Below, one piece after another: positions 14,299-29,699 of a stretch of DNA of 64,000 nucleotides. The DNA is taken from contig OZ024743.1 in assembly GCA_964016885.1 (NCBI GenBank), positions 82,336,001-82,400,000 of the forward strand, in the 5' to 3' direction. The translations under genes were made by a program, and so were the position numbers. The notes below the pieces were generated by a model. That model was not told the DNA's origin. It searched no databases and saw only the letters and a list, made by a program, of their open reading frames with translations. This stretch comes from Eledone cirrhosa. Taxonomy: Eukaryota. Every line of letters begins with the position of its first letter. Within the stretch, counting starts at the first letter, position 1.

Positions 14299-14413
14299 AT
14301 ATGTATATGCTTGTATATTTATATATAATGCGTGACTGAAAACAGACACGCTTTTTTCTTTAAAATGTTTTTCAGTCCCTTCACTTCTCTTTATCTTTTT
14401 ATTTAATCTTCTA

Positions 14414-14449
14414 TCTTCTGATGAAGGACTAGTTTCCGAAACGTAAAGA
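14414..14449 (+). ncRNA. Type I minimal hammerhead (family C)
   Basis: tctt-CTGATGA-a gga ctagtt tcc-GAAA-CG-TA-aaga; palindromic ACGT stem III. Confidence 0.8.
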
Positions 14450-15316
14450 CACTTTTCTTACTACACCAAGCATTTAACTACTATATTTCTTCATTATACT
14501 AGTTGTTAGTTTTATTCTTTTCGTTTATTTTCGCATATATACATACACACACTCACACATATATACATACTTACATCAGTATATATTAATGGTTTCTAGT
14601 TTAACAATTTTGGAGGAGTAGAAAGTCGTTACTGGTATTATATATTATCGACCCCGTAAGGGTGAAAGGCAAAGCTAACTTTGACGGGATTTGGCGGGAT
14701 TTGAACTCACCTAACATACACTAATTAATAACCTGTTATAAAATTGTTGTCTTGTTCAATACGCTTTCTTTAAGATAGAGTGTTCGTGCTAATAAACTCG
14801 CACTGACACTGGTGTAGATGTTCATAGATATGTTCAGACTTACATATGTAACTACAAATCTCTATGCATTCATCGATTAAAGGTCAATTATAACATCTTT
14901 GAATATTGATTCTTACACAAATTAGACGTAACTAAACAACCATCTTCACACACACACATACACATACACACACACACAGGATCATGTGTGTGTTTTAGTA
15001 TATTCAGAGTCATGTATGTAAGCTTTATATATATGTGTGTATGTGAGTGTGTATGTAAACGTATATTCAGTCATATATGTAAGCTTTATATGTGTTTATG
15101 TGAGGATGTAAACGTATATTCACACTCATTTATGGAAGTTTTATATAAATATAAATATATATATGTGTGTGTGTTTGTTTGTGTATATGTATGTATACAT
15201 ACATGTATACGTACATATATACGTAAATGCATATGTATGGGTATATACATAAATATGTGTGTATATATATATAGGAAAGTAAAAAACAACAACAACACAG
15301 GACTACAAGTTACAAA

Positions 15317-15377
<61 letters not shown>

Positions 15378-16185
15378 TGTGTACGTGTGTACGCAGACTG
15401 AAGCTAGTAAAAGCAAAAAGAAAAATGTTTGCGAGTTGGGTGGAAAATTTGCCAAAGATGCTTTCTTCGTGTAGAAAAGATCCTTGATTACTGGGGTCCC
15501 CCTTAAATCAGACTTTACTCTCCTCCCATCTTTCCCTCTTCCCTTCCAACCCCTTCTCTTCCCCTGGATGAGGAAGTGTTTGAACTGAGGATGCACAGAT
15601 CCAGAGCCAGCCAGCCCACACTACTTGGACTGGTATTTCAATCATTGACCACGACAGGATTCAATTCAGGAGGACTGCAAGTGCTGCAGTAGATATACCG
15701 GAGCAGCTAATCTGGTGCCCTAATGGTTCCGATAATTGCCTGTCTATCCAGAAACATCTAAAGAAATATATCTTTGAAGGTATTTCTTCAAGATTTACTA
15801 CCAAATCTCGAATATGTTTTGAGCAACGAGTCAATACTCGAGGCCTTCACACCATCCGGCTAAAAACAGATATGATTCCATGAAACACAGCCACGCCCCT
15901 ATTCAAGGGTTCCTATTTAAACTGGAATCTCCTAACTTAATTTTATACATGTTAAGTTAATTAAATAATTAATAATTTTAGAAAATACCTCCAAGTTCTT
16001 CATTAATTGAAATAGTATATGTCATTGAAAATAGGATCACGAAATGGTTAGAGTTCTTATTCAGTATAAATTCTTACAACATAAACTGTATATAATCTCA
16101 AGTTACTATCTTAATGATGAAAGAATTAAATCCTTTTAGTAAATTGCTCAAACTTCATTTTTAATTAATTCAGATTGAGTGTATT

Positions 16186-16510
16186 TCATTCAACCGAGTC
16201 CATAGTGAAGATCGACCCGCCGTGTGGTGGACCAGGTTGAAAGGACTGAAGACAGACACTCTTCTCTTCGGCCAATCCCTCATTAACTTTTTCAAGTTTC
16301 ACTTGCAAACGAAGGTGAGGGTGGAGAGAGAAGTGCTTCCCCCCAGTACATTTGCTGAAAGGTGAGTGAATGTAGTGATAATGGCCCATGTGAATAGGTT
16401 TACTCTGTGCATGCGCTTGTAGGCTGGTTAATTTTAGAGGGAGAGGGGCGCCCTTCACGGGTGCCCTCGAAGTGTCGGGTGGTTCAGGGTGGGTGGGGTA
16501 CCCGAGTCGC
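16186..16510 (-). CDS. Candidate terminal coding exon of an unidentified host gene
   Basis: Non-repetitive, relatively GC-rich open frame RLGYPTHPEPPD...LQVKLEKVNEGLAEEKSVCLQSF...MDSVE*; AG at 16512-16511, but weak pyrimidine tract. Confidence 0.4.
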
Positions 16511-16629
16511 CTTATTGGGGAATTTATTTTGTTATATTTCCGTTATTTTGTTATTGTTATTTATATTGTTTACACGTTTATGTGTAAAAACCCAGACACA
16601 CATATAAATATGTATAAATATTGGCTGTT

Positions 16630-16792
16630 AGTGGCACCTCTGGCCACTACTGTAGTATCACTGCTGACCTCTAGTGGTACCTCTGGTCACTACTGTTGGT
16701 GGCATTGCTGACCTCTGGTGACACCACTGACCTCTACTGTAGTGACACCACTGACCTCTGGTGACACCACTGACCTCTAGTGACACCACTGA
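16630..16792. repeat. ~19-bp degenerate tandem repeat (ctgacctctggtgacacca)
   Basis: Direct reading. Confidence 0.8.
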
Positions 16793-16838
16793 TCCCTATT
16801 TTGCCGTCACCAAGGGTTAAATAGATGATTTATTCGAC

Positions 16839-17027
16839 TACGGGTGAAAACTTCATAGGCTGACCAAAATACCCTCATGGAATGACCAAATGAGGCTTAT
16901 AAATAGTCCCTGGAAAGAAATAATGCAGTTATTAATAAGAACAGTTGAAAGTAATGGGTGCAAGATTTCTCTGCTCTAGCATCACTCCTTCATAGTCAAA
17001 CTATGAATTTTTCAGCCGACTCTTCAT
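16839..17027. mobile_element. Mariner-type MITE (degenerate)
   Basis: tacgggtgaaaacttcataggctgac ... gtcaaactatgaatttttcagccg inverted termini. Confidence 0.6.
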
Positions 17028-17036
17028 GATAAAAAA

Positions 17037-17228
17037 TAATTGTTTCTACTTTTGGCACAAGGCCAGCAAATACCCAGTGCGGGACTGGTACTTTATTTTA
17101 TTGCCCCCGTAAGGATGAAAGGCAAAGTTGACTTCGGCGGGATTTGAGCTCAGACCATAAAGGGCCGTAACTCTTTACTGCAAAGCATGGCGTCCGACTC
17201 TTTACCGATACTGCCAATTCACCAAGCC
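17037..17228 (-). mobile_element. SINE family 1, full length
   Basis: Full head (tggcagtatcggtaa), B-box variant, body and tail. Confidence 0.9.
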
Positions 17229-17308
17229 AACAAATATTAAATTAGACACTCACACTCTTACACACACACACACACACACAGACACATGCACACACACATA
17301 TATATACA

Positions 17309-17384
<76 letters not shown>

Positions 17385-17385
<1 letters not shown>

Positions 17386-20300
17386 CTCCTGGGTATGACA
17401 TTAAACTACATCCAGTGGCAAGACTCCAGTTCGGGAGTTCAGGAGCTGTGGGGAATGTGGAGTTACCCCTTAGTTGTCATAACTCCCGGGTCTGCTCTGG
17501 CCCGGAGTAGTAGTACCTGTTAGGGCCCCATTTATGGGTTAAATAACTACCTTATTCGAGTGGCGCCGTTAAGGTATTGAAAGCCATTGAAAAGAAATAT
17601 GGAGAGTCTATCTAACAGCACTAGGGCTAGAGCCCCTAATTACACTGTCAAGGAGCAGTCAAGTCGTTATGACTCTGTTGGCTTAGAGCCACAGGGAGGG
17701 CCAGTGGATGATGGATCAGCTGTCTCTGAGACAAATATAAAGAATGCAGATTTGTCCTGCAGAAGAGCCATCAAAATGGGCACTTTGAATGTGAGGACTA
17801 TTCGGACGCTGGAGAAGAGAGAGGAGTTGGGACATCTGTTCGAGGAGAGTGGTATACAAATATTTGCGATCCAAGAACACAGGATCCTACACGATGAGCC
17901 CGTGAGGAGTGTGATGATTGGGAAGATGAGCCAGCTCATCACCACATCGGCAGTGAGGAACATGACCAATGCTGCAGTGGGAGGGGTGGGTTTTGTTTTT
18001 AGCACAAAAACCAGTCTATTGGTGAGGGAAATAATACCTGTCTCCCCGCGAGTGTTGAGGGTGACCTTCAATGGAAACCCAAGACTGACAGTCATCTCAG
18101 CCTATAGTCCAACCGAAGGAGACAGTGATGTGAGTGCGGAAGAGTTCCATGAGGAGGTGTGTAGAGCTGTCAACACCACACAAGCACACAACATCCTGCT
18201 TGTTTTGGGGGACTTCAATGCACATCTGAGTAAGGAGGGCAGTGAAGATCCTTGCTGGTACTTCCATAACAACACCAACCGAAATGGAAGACTACTGAGA
18301 GACACCCTGCTGGAGGCGAACTTGATAGCGACCAACCTAAGGTTTAGGAAGAATCCGGGGAAGATATGGACCTACATCTCAGATATGCACCTGTCCAAGT
18401 CCCAGATTGATTTCATTCTGGTGAGGAAAAAGTGGCGGAATAGTGTTCTGAACACAGAACCATACAACTATTTCAGTACACTGAGTAGTGACCACCAGCT
18501 TGTTATGAGTGAGGTCCGGGTGAGCTTAAGTAAGAGCAAGGCTCAGCCCCGGAGAGCAATCTATTACTGGGGAGCTTTCAAGGAAGATGATAAGCTACAG
18601 GAGAGGTTCACAGTGGAAGTGAGGAACAGGTTCAGTGCTCTGTGTGGAGAGACAGAGGAGAGAGAGATTGGATGGACTGAGGAGAGTGTGACGAGGAGGT
18701 ACGGGCACTTCACCAATGCAGTGGCGGAAGCAAGTGAGGCCCTGGTGCCGAGGAGAAAGAACAAAAGGAAGCACGTCAGCTCTGCAGACCCAAAAGTGTG
18801 TGCAGCCAGAGAACACCTGAAAGCTGCCAAGGACCAATTCTATACTGATCCTACGGAGGAGAGGATGGAGACTGTGGAGGTGACGAGGGAAGAACTCTGT
18901 ACCGCTTACACTGAGGCCAGAGATGAGGCACTGATAGAGAAGATCAGAAGTGTGGCGAGAGCGGTTGACAGGTCTGGATGTAAGGAGAGCTGGATGATCA
19001 TCAACGAGATCACAGGGAGGAAGAGAAGGTGTTCGAGTCAGATCCAGGGAAAAGGGCCTGAGGATAGGAAGGGGAAATGGCTAGACCATTTTAGGACCCT
19101 ACTAGGAGAGCCGCCCTCCACAGCCCAGAGCACTGGGGAGATCAGGCGGCTGTTTGAAGAACTGTATATTGAGACAGAGCCCTTCACCAGAGGGGAGTTT
19201 CAGAGAGCCAAGAAAAGGATCAAGGAGGGAAAGGCTCATGGAGAAAATGAAGTGGCATCAGAGGTGATGAAGAGGTGTGATTTTGATGATATCATCCTGG
19301 GGTTCTGTAACCTGGCACTGGAGAGAGGAGTTGCCCCGAATCAGTGGAGGATCAGTAACATCGTCCCAGTGCCAAAGAAGGGAGATCTCTCTAGCACCAA
19401 CAACTACAGGGGGATCTCACTGACGTCACTTGTGGCAAAGACCTTCAACAGGATGATTCTTAACAGGATCCAGCCTGAGATGGAGAAGAAGCTCAGGGAC
19501 AACCAGAACGGCTTCAGAGGGGAAGATCAACCACCAGTCACATCCTGATGCTGAGGAGGATATTAGAAGGAGCTAGAGCAAAGTGCCTTCCTGCGGTCAT
19601 GGTTTTCATTGACTTTAGGAAGGCCTTTGATTCTGTGGACCGTCACTGCCTAATGAAGATCTTGCAGGCTTATGGAATCCCCAAGAAGATAGTGGACACC
19701 AAATCCCCAGTCATTACACCTGATGGGATGACAGAGTTCTTTGAGATACTGGCTGGAGTGCTCCAGGCAGATACATTGGCTCCCTACCTTTTTATCATCG
19801 TAGTGGACTATTGTATGCGCCTTGCACTGGAGAAACACCAGGACTCTGGCTTTACTGTAGCACCGGCTCAGAGCAGGAGAGTTAAGGCGAAAAAGATATC
19901 AGATGCTGAATTTGCCGACGACATAGTTTTGGTGACAAATACAGTGAAGGAGGCAGAGGATTTGATGCAGGAGGTTGAGACTGTGTTGATGAGTGTGGGG
20001 CTGATAATGAATGAGACTAAAACAAAATATCTGGTAGAGAATGTTGAGAAGCCAGAGGGGATCACTAATGTAGGCGGGAAGCCGCTAGAATTGGTTGAGG
20101 ACTTCCTGTATTTGGGAGCAAAGATTGGGAATACGGAAGATGATGTGGTTGAGAGGAAGAGCAAAGCCTAGGCGGCGTGCCACAGCTTGAGATCGGTGTG
20201 GAAGTCGGACCTTCGTAAAGACCTGAAAATCCGCCTCTTCATTGCTGTAGTGGAGTCTGTGCTCCTGTACGGGTTTGAGACTTGGACACTGACCAAGAAA

Positions 20301-20645
20301 CTCACTCAGATGGTGGATGGGTGCTACACGAGAATGCTGAGGATGGCTCTGAACATTAATCAGTATACACTGAGGATGAAAAACTCAGAGCTGTATGGGA
20401 GCCTCCCAAAAGTCAGCTCAAAAGTGACACAGAGGAGACTGAGATTAGCTGGACATGCTCACCGACATCCAGAGTTGACATTGCACTCAGTGCTCCTGTG
20501 GAAGAGGAAGACCAAGGTTAACGTATGTTGATGCCCTAACGACAGACACTGGTCTGTTAGAGACGCAGGACATGGCAGCGATAATGAGGGAGAGACCGCT
20601 GGAGAGAACTCGTCCATGGATCTCGGGAATTTTACCCGCCCTAGA
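17385..20645 (+). mobile_element. RTE-clade LINE, near full length, inactivated
   Basis: ~200-nt 5' region and single ORF: APE motifs (GTLNVRT, IQEHR, AYSPT, LGDFNA, QIDFIL, SDHQLV) and RT motifs (PKKGD..NYRGISL, QNGFR, FIDFRKAFDSV, GVLQ.DTLAPYLF, FADD, YLG). Confidence 0.95.
17587..20620 (+). pseudogene. RTE ORF (APE endonuclease + reverse transcriptase), disrupted
   Basis: Frameshift after QNGFR (~19520), probable in-frame deletion near 19696, TAG at 20169-20171 where W is expected, frameshift/deletion near 20501 before RGRPRLTYVD. Confidence 0.9.
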
Positions 20646-20721
20646 TATAATAGGGTGTGGTAAGATACCAGGTGGACCATAACGCACCAGAGTACTCAAT
20701 ACTCAATATGTACAGGCACGC

Positions 20722-20916
20722 TACGGGGTGCTGAAATGTTTGCTGCTAGAGAGTCCTGGTTGGAGACCTAACTTTCCATGTTCTTTTTACAGGGCTTAGA
20801 AAACCTGAAGGACTGCTGCAACATGTGAGAGGAATATGTTGAATAAAATCATAATTAACTGATCCTCCTGTATTTTATTTTACCCAGAGACAGGAACTTT
20901 TCAGCACCACCTCGTA
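20722..20916. mobile_element. Mariner-derived MITE
   Basis: TA-cggggtgctgaaa ... tttcagcaccacctcg-TA TIRs; internal gaatatgttgaataa resembles the mariner transposase end (EYVE*). Confidence 0.7.
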
Positions 20917-21202
20917 TGTATATATTACTGTGGTTACCCACGATTGAACCTGAGACTCATATATATGTATATATAAATGTATAATGTATAAAAATCAATA
21001 CAATATAATTACCTCATTACCAGAGGTTTCCCGAATGAGGCGAATACGAAATAAACGACTTCATTCGTTCGTCAGACGAGGCAATATAAAACATGGGCAA
21101 ATACTTAGAAAAACACATCAAGAAAATCAAAAAAAGATATAGATAAATGAAATAGAAATTGAAATATATAAAAATCTATCAAGAAATATAGCTAGGTGTG
21201 TG

Positions 21203-21256
<54 letters not shown>

Positions 21257-21261
21257 CATAT

Positions 21262-21335
<74 letters not shown>

Positions 21336-21924
21336 AAATATAAATTATCGAGAATCGCATTTCGGCCCACGAAATAACGAAAAACAACCTCCGAGATGTG
21401 TGGCAAGTGCTCAATGATTCAGTTGAACCAGAGCTATAACAAACGTTAAAGGCCAAACACACTGAGACGATGGTTGAACAATCATTCGCATAGCCAAAAA
21501 AACGATCAAGTAATTCGGGTCAAACAAATAAAAAATATCTGTGATTGAAATATATATATATATATATATATAGACACCCACGCAGGGAACGTCTGTGAGT
21601 GAAATATTTAAAAATCTATTTCGCCCATTTCAAAAGGAAAAACATAAATATTTGTACATATAGACATACTCTCTCTCCCACTCGCACATAAACATATATA
21701 TATATAAATATATATATATATAACCTGTTAGTTCTTTTGTTACTTTGCTATTTATTGTGTGTTAGGTTTTGCCTACCACAATGTTCAATTTGTCAAGCTA
21801 TTTAAACGTATGTTGTTACTCTAAGGACCTACCCTTATTGAGTGCTTTGCTAACTCATTCCTATTGTAGGTCGACTTTGCTTGCCCACAATCAAAGCTTC
21901 GATTTTACTAAGCTTCCACTGTAT

Positions 21925-21965
<41 letters not shown>

Positions 21966-22028
21966 ATATATATATATATATAATATATATATATATATAC
22001 ATGCATATATATATACATGTATATATAT

Positions 22029-22132
<104 letters not shown>

Positions 22133-22138
22133 ATATAT

Positions 22139-22241
<103 letters not shown>

Positions 22242-22303
22242 GTGTATGTATGTGTGGGAGAGAGAGAGTGTCTGTATGTACAAACATTTATACACCTCGT
22301 ATA

Positions 22304-22348
<45 letters not shown>

Positions 22349-22571
22349 GACACCTCGTATACCTATACATATATATATATACGAGGTGTCGTATATATAT
22401 ATATATAAATATGTGTATGTGTGTGTGTGTGTGCATGTGTATATAAGTAAATACGTCGCTATATATAATCTACGTCAGCTGAAGGGATATAGTGATAATC
22501 TTTCCTATTACGATTTCTGCAATCGAGGATTTTTACACGTCGAATGCATGTCTACTTCCTTCCTCGTGATG

Positions 22572-22702
<131 letters not shown>

Positions 22703-22705
22703 GTG

Positions 22706-22736
<31 letters not shown>

Positions 22737-22982
22737 TGAGACGAATGTATAATTACTTTACCGCACCCTCTCATACAGGAAGTCAGCGCTGACTATTATT
22801 ACTATTATTATTAGTAGCTTTCATGCCCCCCCCCCCTCACCCACACACACAACCCCCCCCCCATCAACCCCACTACCCCGCCCCCACCTCACCACCCCAC
22901 TATCCCCCCCCCGTTTTTACAGTGTATTTATTTATGTTGTTGTTCTGTCGTGACTGGCGTTTGGTGAGGTAGGATATCATAG

Positions 22983-25340
22983 CCGCCATCACTGCCACCA
23001 ATACCACCACTGCCACCAACACCACCACTGCCACCAACACCACCACTGCCACCAACACCACCACTGCCACCAACACCACCACTGCCACCAACACCACCAC
23101 TGCCACCAACACCACCACTGCCACCAACACCACCACTACCACCAACACTACCCTGCCACCAACACCACCACTGCCACCAACACCACCACTGCCACCAACA
23201 CCACCACTGCCACCAACACCACCACTACCACCAACACCACCACTACCACCAACACTACCCTGCCACCAACACCACCACTGCCACCAACACCACCACTACC
23301 ACCAACACTACCCTGCCACCAACACCACCACTGCCACCAACACCACCACTGCCACCAACACCACCACTGCCACCAACACCACCACTGCCACCAACACCAC
23401 CACTACCACCAACACTACCCTGCCACCAACACCACCACTGCCACCAACACCACCACTACCACCAACACCACCACTGCCACCAACACCACCACTACCACCA
23501 ACACTACCCTGCCACCAACACCACCACTGCCACCAACACCACCACTGCCACCAACACCACCACTGCCACCAACACCACCACTGCCACCAACACCACCACT
23601 GCCACCAACGCCACCACTGCCACCAATACCACCACTGCCACCAACACCACCACTGCCACCAACGCCACCACTGCCACCAACACCACCACTGCCACCAACG
23701 CCATCACTGCCACCAACACCACCACTGCCACCAACACCACCACTGCCACCAACACCACCACTGCCACCAACACCACCACTGCCACCAACACCACCACTGC
23801 CACCAACACCACCACTGCCACCAACACCACCACTGCCACCAACACCACCACTGCCACCAACACCACCACTGCCACCAACACCACCACTGCCACCAACACC
23901 ACCACTGCCACCAACACCACCACTGCCACCAACACCACCACTGCCACCAACACCACCACTGCCACCAACACCACCACTGCCACCAACACCACCACTGCCA
24001 CCAACACCACCACTGCCACCAACGCCACCACTGCCACCAATACCACCACTGCCTCCAACACCACCACTGCCACCAACACCACCACTGCCACCAACACCAC
24101 CACTGCCACCAACACCACCACTGCCACCAACGCCACCACTGCCACCAATACCACCACTGCCTCCAACACCACCACTGCCACCAACACCACCACTGCCACC
24201 AACGCCACCACTGCCACCAACACCACCACTGCCACCAACACTGCCCTGCCACCAACACCACCACTGCCACCAACACCACCACTGCCACCAACACCACCAC
24301 TGCCACCAACACCACCACTGCCACCAACGCCACCACTGCCACCAACACCACCACTGCCACCAACACCACCACTGCCACCAACACCACCACTGCCACCAAC
24401 ACTGCCCTGCCACCAACACCACCACTGCCACCAACACCACCACTGCCACCAACACCACCACTGCCACCAACACCACCACTGCCACCAATACCACCACCAA
24501 CACCACCACTACCACCAACACCACCACTACCACCAACACCACCACTGCCACCAACACCAGCACCAACACCACCACTACCACCAACACCACCACTACCACC
24601 AACACCACCACTGCCACCAACGCCAGCACCAACACCACCACTACCACCAACACCACCACTACCACCAACACCACCACTGCCACCAATACCACCAGCAGCA
24701 CCACCACTACCACCAACACCACCACTGCCACCAACACCAGCACCAGCACCACCACCACTACCACCACCACCAGCACCACCACTAGTACAACTACCACCAC
24801 CACCACTACCACCACTTCCACCAACACCACCACTACCACCAACACCACCACTACCACCAATACCACCACTACCACCACTACTACCACTACCACCAACACC
24901 ACCACTACCACCAACACCACCACTACCACCAACACCACCATTACCACCACCATCATCAACACCACCACAACCACCAACACCACCAACACCACCACCACCA
25001 CCACCAACACCACCACTACCACCACCACCACCGCCAACACCACCACGGACACACCACCACCACCAACACCACCACTACCACCACCAACACCGCCAACACC
25101 ACCACGGACACACCACCACCACCAACACCACCACTACCACCACCACTACCACCACCATCACCAACACCTCCACCACCACCACGGACACACCACCACTACC
25201 ATCCCCGTTTTCGCCAACCTAGCAACATTTCACAATCCCCACCACCACATTACCACACCACCACCACTACCAACACCCACTACCACCGTCACGTCACCAC
25301 CACCGCCACAACCACATTACCACACACACCACCACCACAG
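22983..25340. repeat. 18-bp satellite (ccaccaacaccaccactg)n decaying into (CCA)n
   Basis: Direct reading; extreme strand asymmetry. Confidence 0.95.
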
Positions 25341-25589
25341 GCACCTCACCAATACCACCTCTACCAATATCATAACCCACACCTACCCCCACACCAACCA
25401 ACCAATTTCACCAAGGTTTCTAACCCCCCCCCCCCATCCCCCATCCCCCCTCCCACCTTCTCCCCCTCCTACCTTCTCACCCCCCATCTCCCTCTCCACC
25501 TTCTCCCCCCTCCTACCTCACGCCCGGTTCGGAGTGAGAGAGACTGTGTAACAGAGATCGGCGGAGAGAGAGAAAGAAAAATAGTAACG

Positions 25590-26190
25590 TACACACACAC
25601 ATACACACACACATACATACACATTCACTCACACATACATACACACATGCACTCACACATACACTCACACATACATACACATTCACTCACACATACACTC
25701 ACACATACATACACATACACTCACACATACATACACATTCACTCACACATACATACACATACACTCACACATACATATACACATACACACACATACACAC
25801 ACATACACATACATATACACATACACACACACATATACATACATACATACATACATACACACATACACTCACACGTAGATATGAGATCGTCAGAGAGAGA
25901 GAAAGAGTAAGAGAAATGGTCAGAGAGAAAGAGAGTAGCAGAGATAGATAGGCAGTGAGGGAGAGGCAGTGTGTGAGAGAGAAGCAGTGAGAGATAGAGA
26001 TAGAGAGAGGATCAGTTATAGTAGAGTGAGAAAGATAGAGATAGAGAGAGAATAAAGGGCAGAAGAGATAGGCAAAGAGAAAGATAGAGTAATAAGCGAA
26101 AAGAGAAGTAGAGGGAGGGAGAGTTAGATAGGCAGTGAGAAAGATAAAGTGATAGAGTGAGAGAGAAAGAGAGAGAGAATGGAGGGAGAG
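25590..26190. repeat. (CA/TA) and (GA)-rich low-complexity tracts
   Basis: Direct reading. Confidence 0.85.
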
Positions 26191-26194
26191 TTAC

Positions 26195-26279
26195 CTTCTC
26201 TTTACTGGATGAATTAATAAAAACTCCAACTGCTTTCTGACGACGCTTCTAGTGTGCAGCACATTTCTAAACCCCGTAA
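26195..26279 (-). CDS. Candidate 85-nt internal exon
   Basis: ttccAG|tt ACG GGG TTT...AAG AGA AG|GTAACT; open only in the frame TGFRNVLHTRSVVRKQLEFLLIHPVKR; its phase-2 end matches the exon starting at 16510. Confidence 0.35.
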
Positions 26280-27134
26280 CTGGAATATATTTATATATAC
26301 ACTTGCCTATATATCATCTACTTTTGAATTCAACTAATACAAAATCGGAGTATACTTTATATACACACACTGTATACACCGTACACATTGTATACATACA
26401 CGCACACAAACCTACATATATACATACACATTGTATACATACACACACACAAACGTACATATATATACATACACATAACACATATTAATAAATATATATA
26501 CGTACATATACATCTATATATACATATTGTACATAAAAAAGAAAGTATATATATATATATATATATACATACATGTAGGTCTATATATACATATTGTACA
26601 TAAACATATACACACACATACATATAGGTTTATATACAGATGTTTGTACATAAATAAATATATGCATATTTGTCTATATACATATTTGTACATATACACG
26701 TTTATACATACATATCTATCTATATATATTTATGATATACAGCCGTAAAACTTTACATATATATATGAAATGTAGCTATAATGTGTCACACATAAGTCCA
26801 CACATAAGTCCATATACATATTTACATTAATACACACATATATTTATAATATATACACACACACATATGTACCCATTCACACACGTACATATATATACCC
26901 ATACATGCACCCAAATGATTAAGTAAACCACCAGTAATATACACACTGGAGTGTGTAAATATATGATTTGCGATGTTCTATTAAAAAAAAAGGAAATTAG
27001 AAAAAAAATCTTCTACGTTGCCAAAGTTGATTTATTGGAACCAACTAGTTGGTCGATTCTGTCTTTAATTCTTGTTTTTTACCTTGGAGAATATTCCTTC
27101 GGAGTTGCATTGGATTTCCTTTACCATTCCTGTG

Positions 27135-27184
<50 letters not shown>

Positions 27185-27337
27185 ATGCTTTCGTTCATTT
27201 GTGGAAAAATTATGTCTTTTGGTGTCTACCAATAATTATTTACAGATTCCTAACAATTCCACCACGTAAGTAATCCTTAGTTTTCCGTTTAGTTTTTAAT
27301 ATTTTAAAAAGTTTTATGTATAAATTGTATTTACAAT

Positions 27338-27415
<78 letters not shown>

Positions 27416-27560
27416 AAATAAATATATATTATATATATATATATAATATATATTTATTTTATATATTATATATATATATATATAATATATAAATAAATAT
27501 CTATATATTTATATATATATATGTATATATATATATAATATATAAAATAAATATATATTA

Positions 27561-27660
<100 letters not shown>

Positions 27661-27839
27661 TAGTTTGTGTGAATATTACTTTTCAGCACAAATCTTCAAC
27701 GCCTGTTTCTAATGTTTATATTATATATGCATGCCTTTTTATCGTGAACAAAATATTATATATATATATATCATCTTATTATGGTTGAACAAAATATTAT
27801 ATATATATATATCATCTTATTATGGTTACGTAGTGTAGT

Positions 27840-27986
27840 TACTGTGAAGTTTCGCCTGTTTGGTCTAGTGACACTGTGATAAACAAACGAAACTAGAGTA
27901 ACAAGACTCACTATTTAACCTTAATAAAGTGAATATTAAATCTACTTTGGTATTGAGTACTCCTTTCTCTCACCCGTCAACCAACG
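27840..27986 (+). mobile_element. Family J Penelope-like remnant; other copies 42086-42212 (-) and 53110-53172 (+)
   Basis: GAAActagagTAacaag hammerhead 3' half, aataaa, tattgagtact. Confidence 0.6.
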
Positions 27987-28123
27987 TATAAATACACTTA
28001 CCTACATCATACATATTTACACTTGAGAACACACATACACACGCAAAAAAACTTTCTCGCCTAAATGCTGTAATATGCACTTCATTGCTAACTGTTGTAC
28101 ACTTGGTTACATACGAAGCATGT

Positions 28124-28192
<69 letters not shown>

Positions 28193-28204
28193 TTTTTGTT
28201 TTAT

Positions 28205-28416
28205 TTACGATCGACTTTCGTCAAATCGGACCTAGGAAGCAATGTTTCCATTGGTCTTTCCAATTGCTAATACTATCTATCTGTCGCAATTCCAGGTAGA
28301 AGGAGCAACGTGAAATAAAATGTCTTGCTCAAGGACATAACGCATCGTCCGGTCTGGGAATCGAACTCACAACCTCACAATTGCGAGTCAAATTCTCTAA
28401 CCACTCAGCCACACGC
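28205..28416 (-). mobile_element. CORE-type SINE family 2
   Basis: Minus strand tggctgagtggttag A box, gagttcgattcc B box, tgtccttgagcaagaca core. Confidence 0.85.
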
Positions 28417-28548
28417 TTTCATCCCATATATATATAAACCCATGCTAGCGTGGAAGATAGATATATATATTGGCAAAATGACCCTCCCAAAGTATAACAA
28501 TATATATATATATATACACACACATATATACTCACACATATATACACT

Positions 28549-28579
<31 letters not shown>

Positions 28580-28581
28580 CA

Positions 28582-28799
28582 AATTTAATATAGAAATGGT
28601 TTCTACAGGACTAAAACTGTTTAATTTGAAAATAATCATCATGCTCTCCAGATAATTTATTTTGAATGAAACAGTTCTAGTCCTGTAGAGGCCATTTCTA
28701 TATTAAATTTGATGTTTACACACTACTAATGTATTGAGTACCTTACTTACTGTGGTTACCCCCGATTAAACCCGGGACTCACACATATATATATACATA

Positions 28800-28851
<52 letters not shown>

Positions 28852-28980
28852 TTCCTGATGATTTCTCACGAATGAAACAGTTCTAGTCCTGTAGAAGCTC
28901 TTCTATATTAAAACTTTTATACTCTACTGTATATTGAGTACCTTACTTACTGTGGTTACCTCCGATTCAACCCGGAATAA

Positions 28981-28985
<5 letters not shown>
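28582..28985 (+). mobile_element. Two family A copies (fold-back 28582-28780; simple 28850-28985)
   Basis: Hammerhead CTGATGA 28855-28861, GAAA 28874-28877, GTA 28891-28893. Confidence 0.8.
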
Positions 28986-29015
<30 letters not shown>

Positions 29016-29699
29016 ACACACATACACACACACACACACACATATAATGCTACATATAGATTACTGCGTATATGTATATACCAACATTCCTTAGGGTACA
29101 TAATTATATATATATATATTTATATACACATATGTATATGCATACGTATGTGTAAAAACTGTCACTTTGATCTCTTGACACACACACACACGTGCAAGCA
29201 CATGATCTATTATATACACACGCCCGATCTAAAACAAACATACATATAATGCAATTTATACAAACACACAGACACACTGTATGTTATATAGATTTAAACA
29301 CCGTTATACGGTGACATAACACATACACATATATAATGTAATATGGACACGGTGTAAGAAATATACACACACATATATATTTTATGACACACACAGAATC
29401 ACACAACAGGCACCTATACATTTATGTGTATTTGAGTGTATATACACACTTCCACACACATTACACATACAATGTAAGACAGTCACACACATACATATGT
29501 AAATCTAGATATGAAATCTAAGCCAAAAGCCTACAAGTTAGGGATTAAGGGGACAGGAGACCCTAGTTATTGAGTATTCCTATATTTTATTGACGTTAAA
29601 AGGATGAAGTTGACCTTCGTCGGATTTGAACTCGGGTCTTAACTGAACAAATATCGCAAAGGATTGTCTGACACTATAACGTTACTACCAGACTAGAGA

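Noticed and set aside
23415-25052. 545-aa Val/Gly-Ser-rich ORF resembling a structural protein
   Set aside because: 18-bp satellite open in several frames, with frame switches and no unique flanking coding sequence
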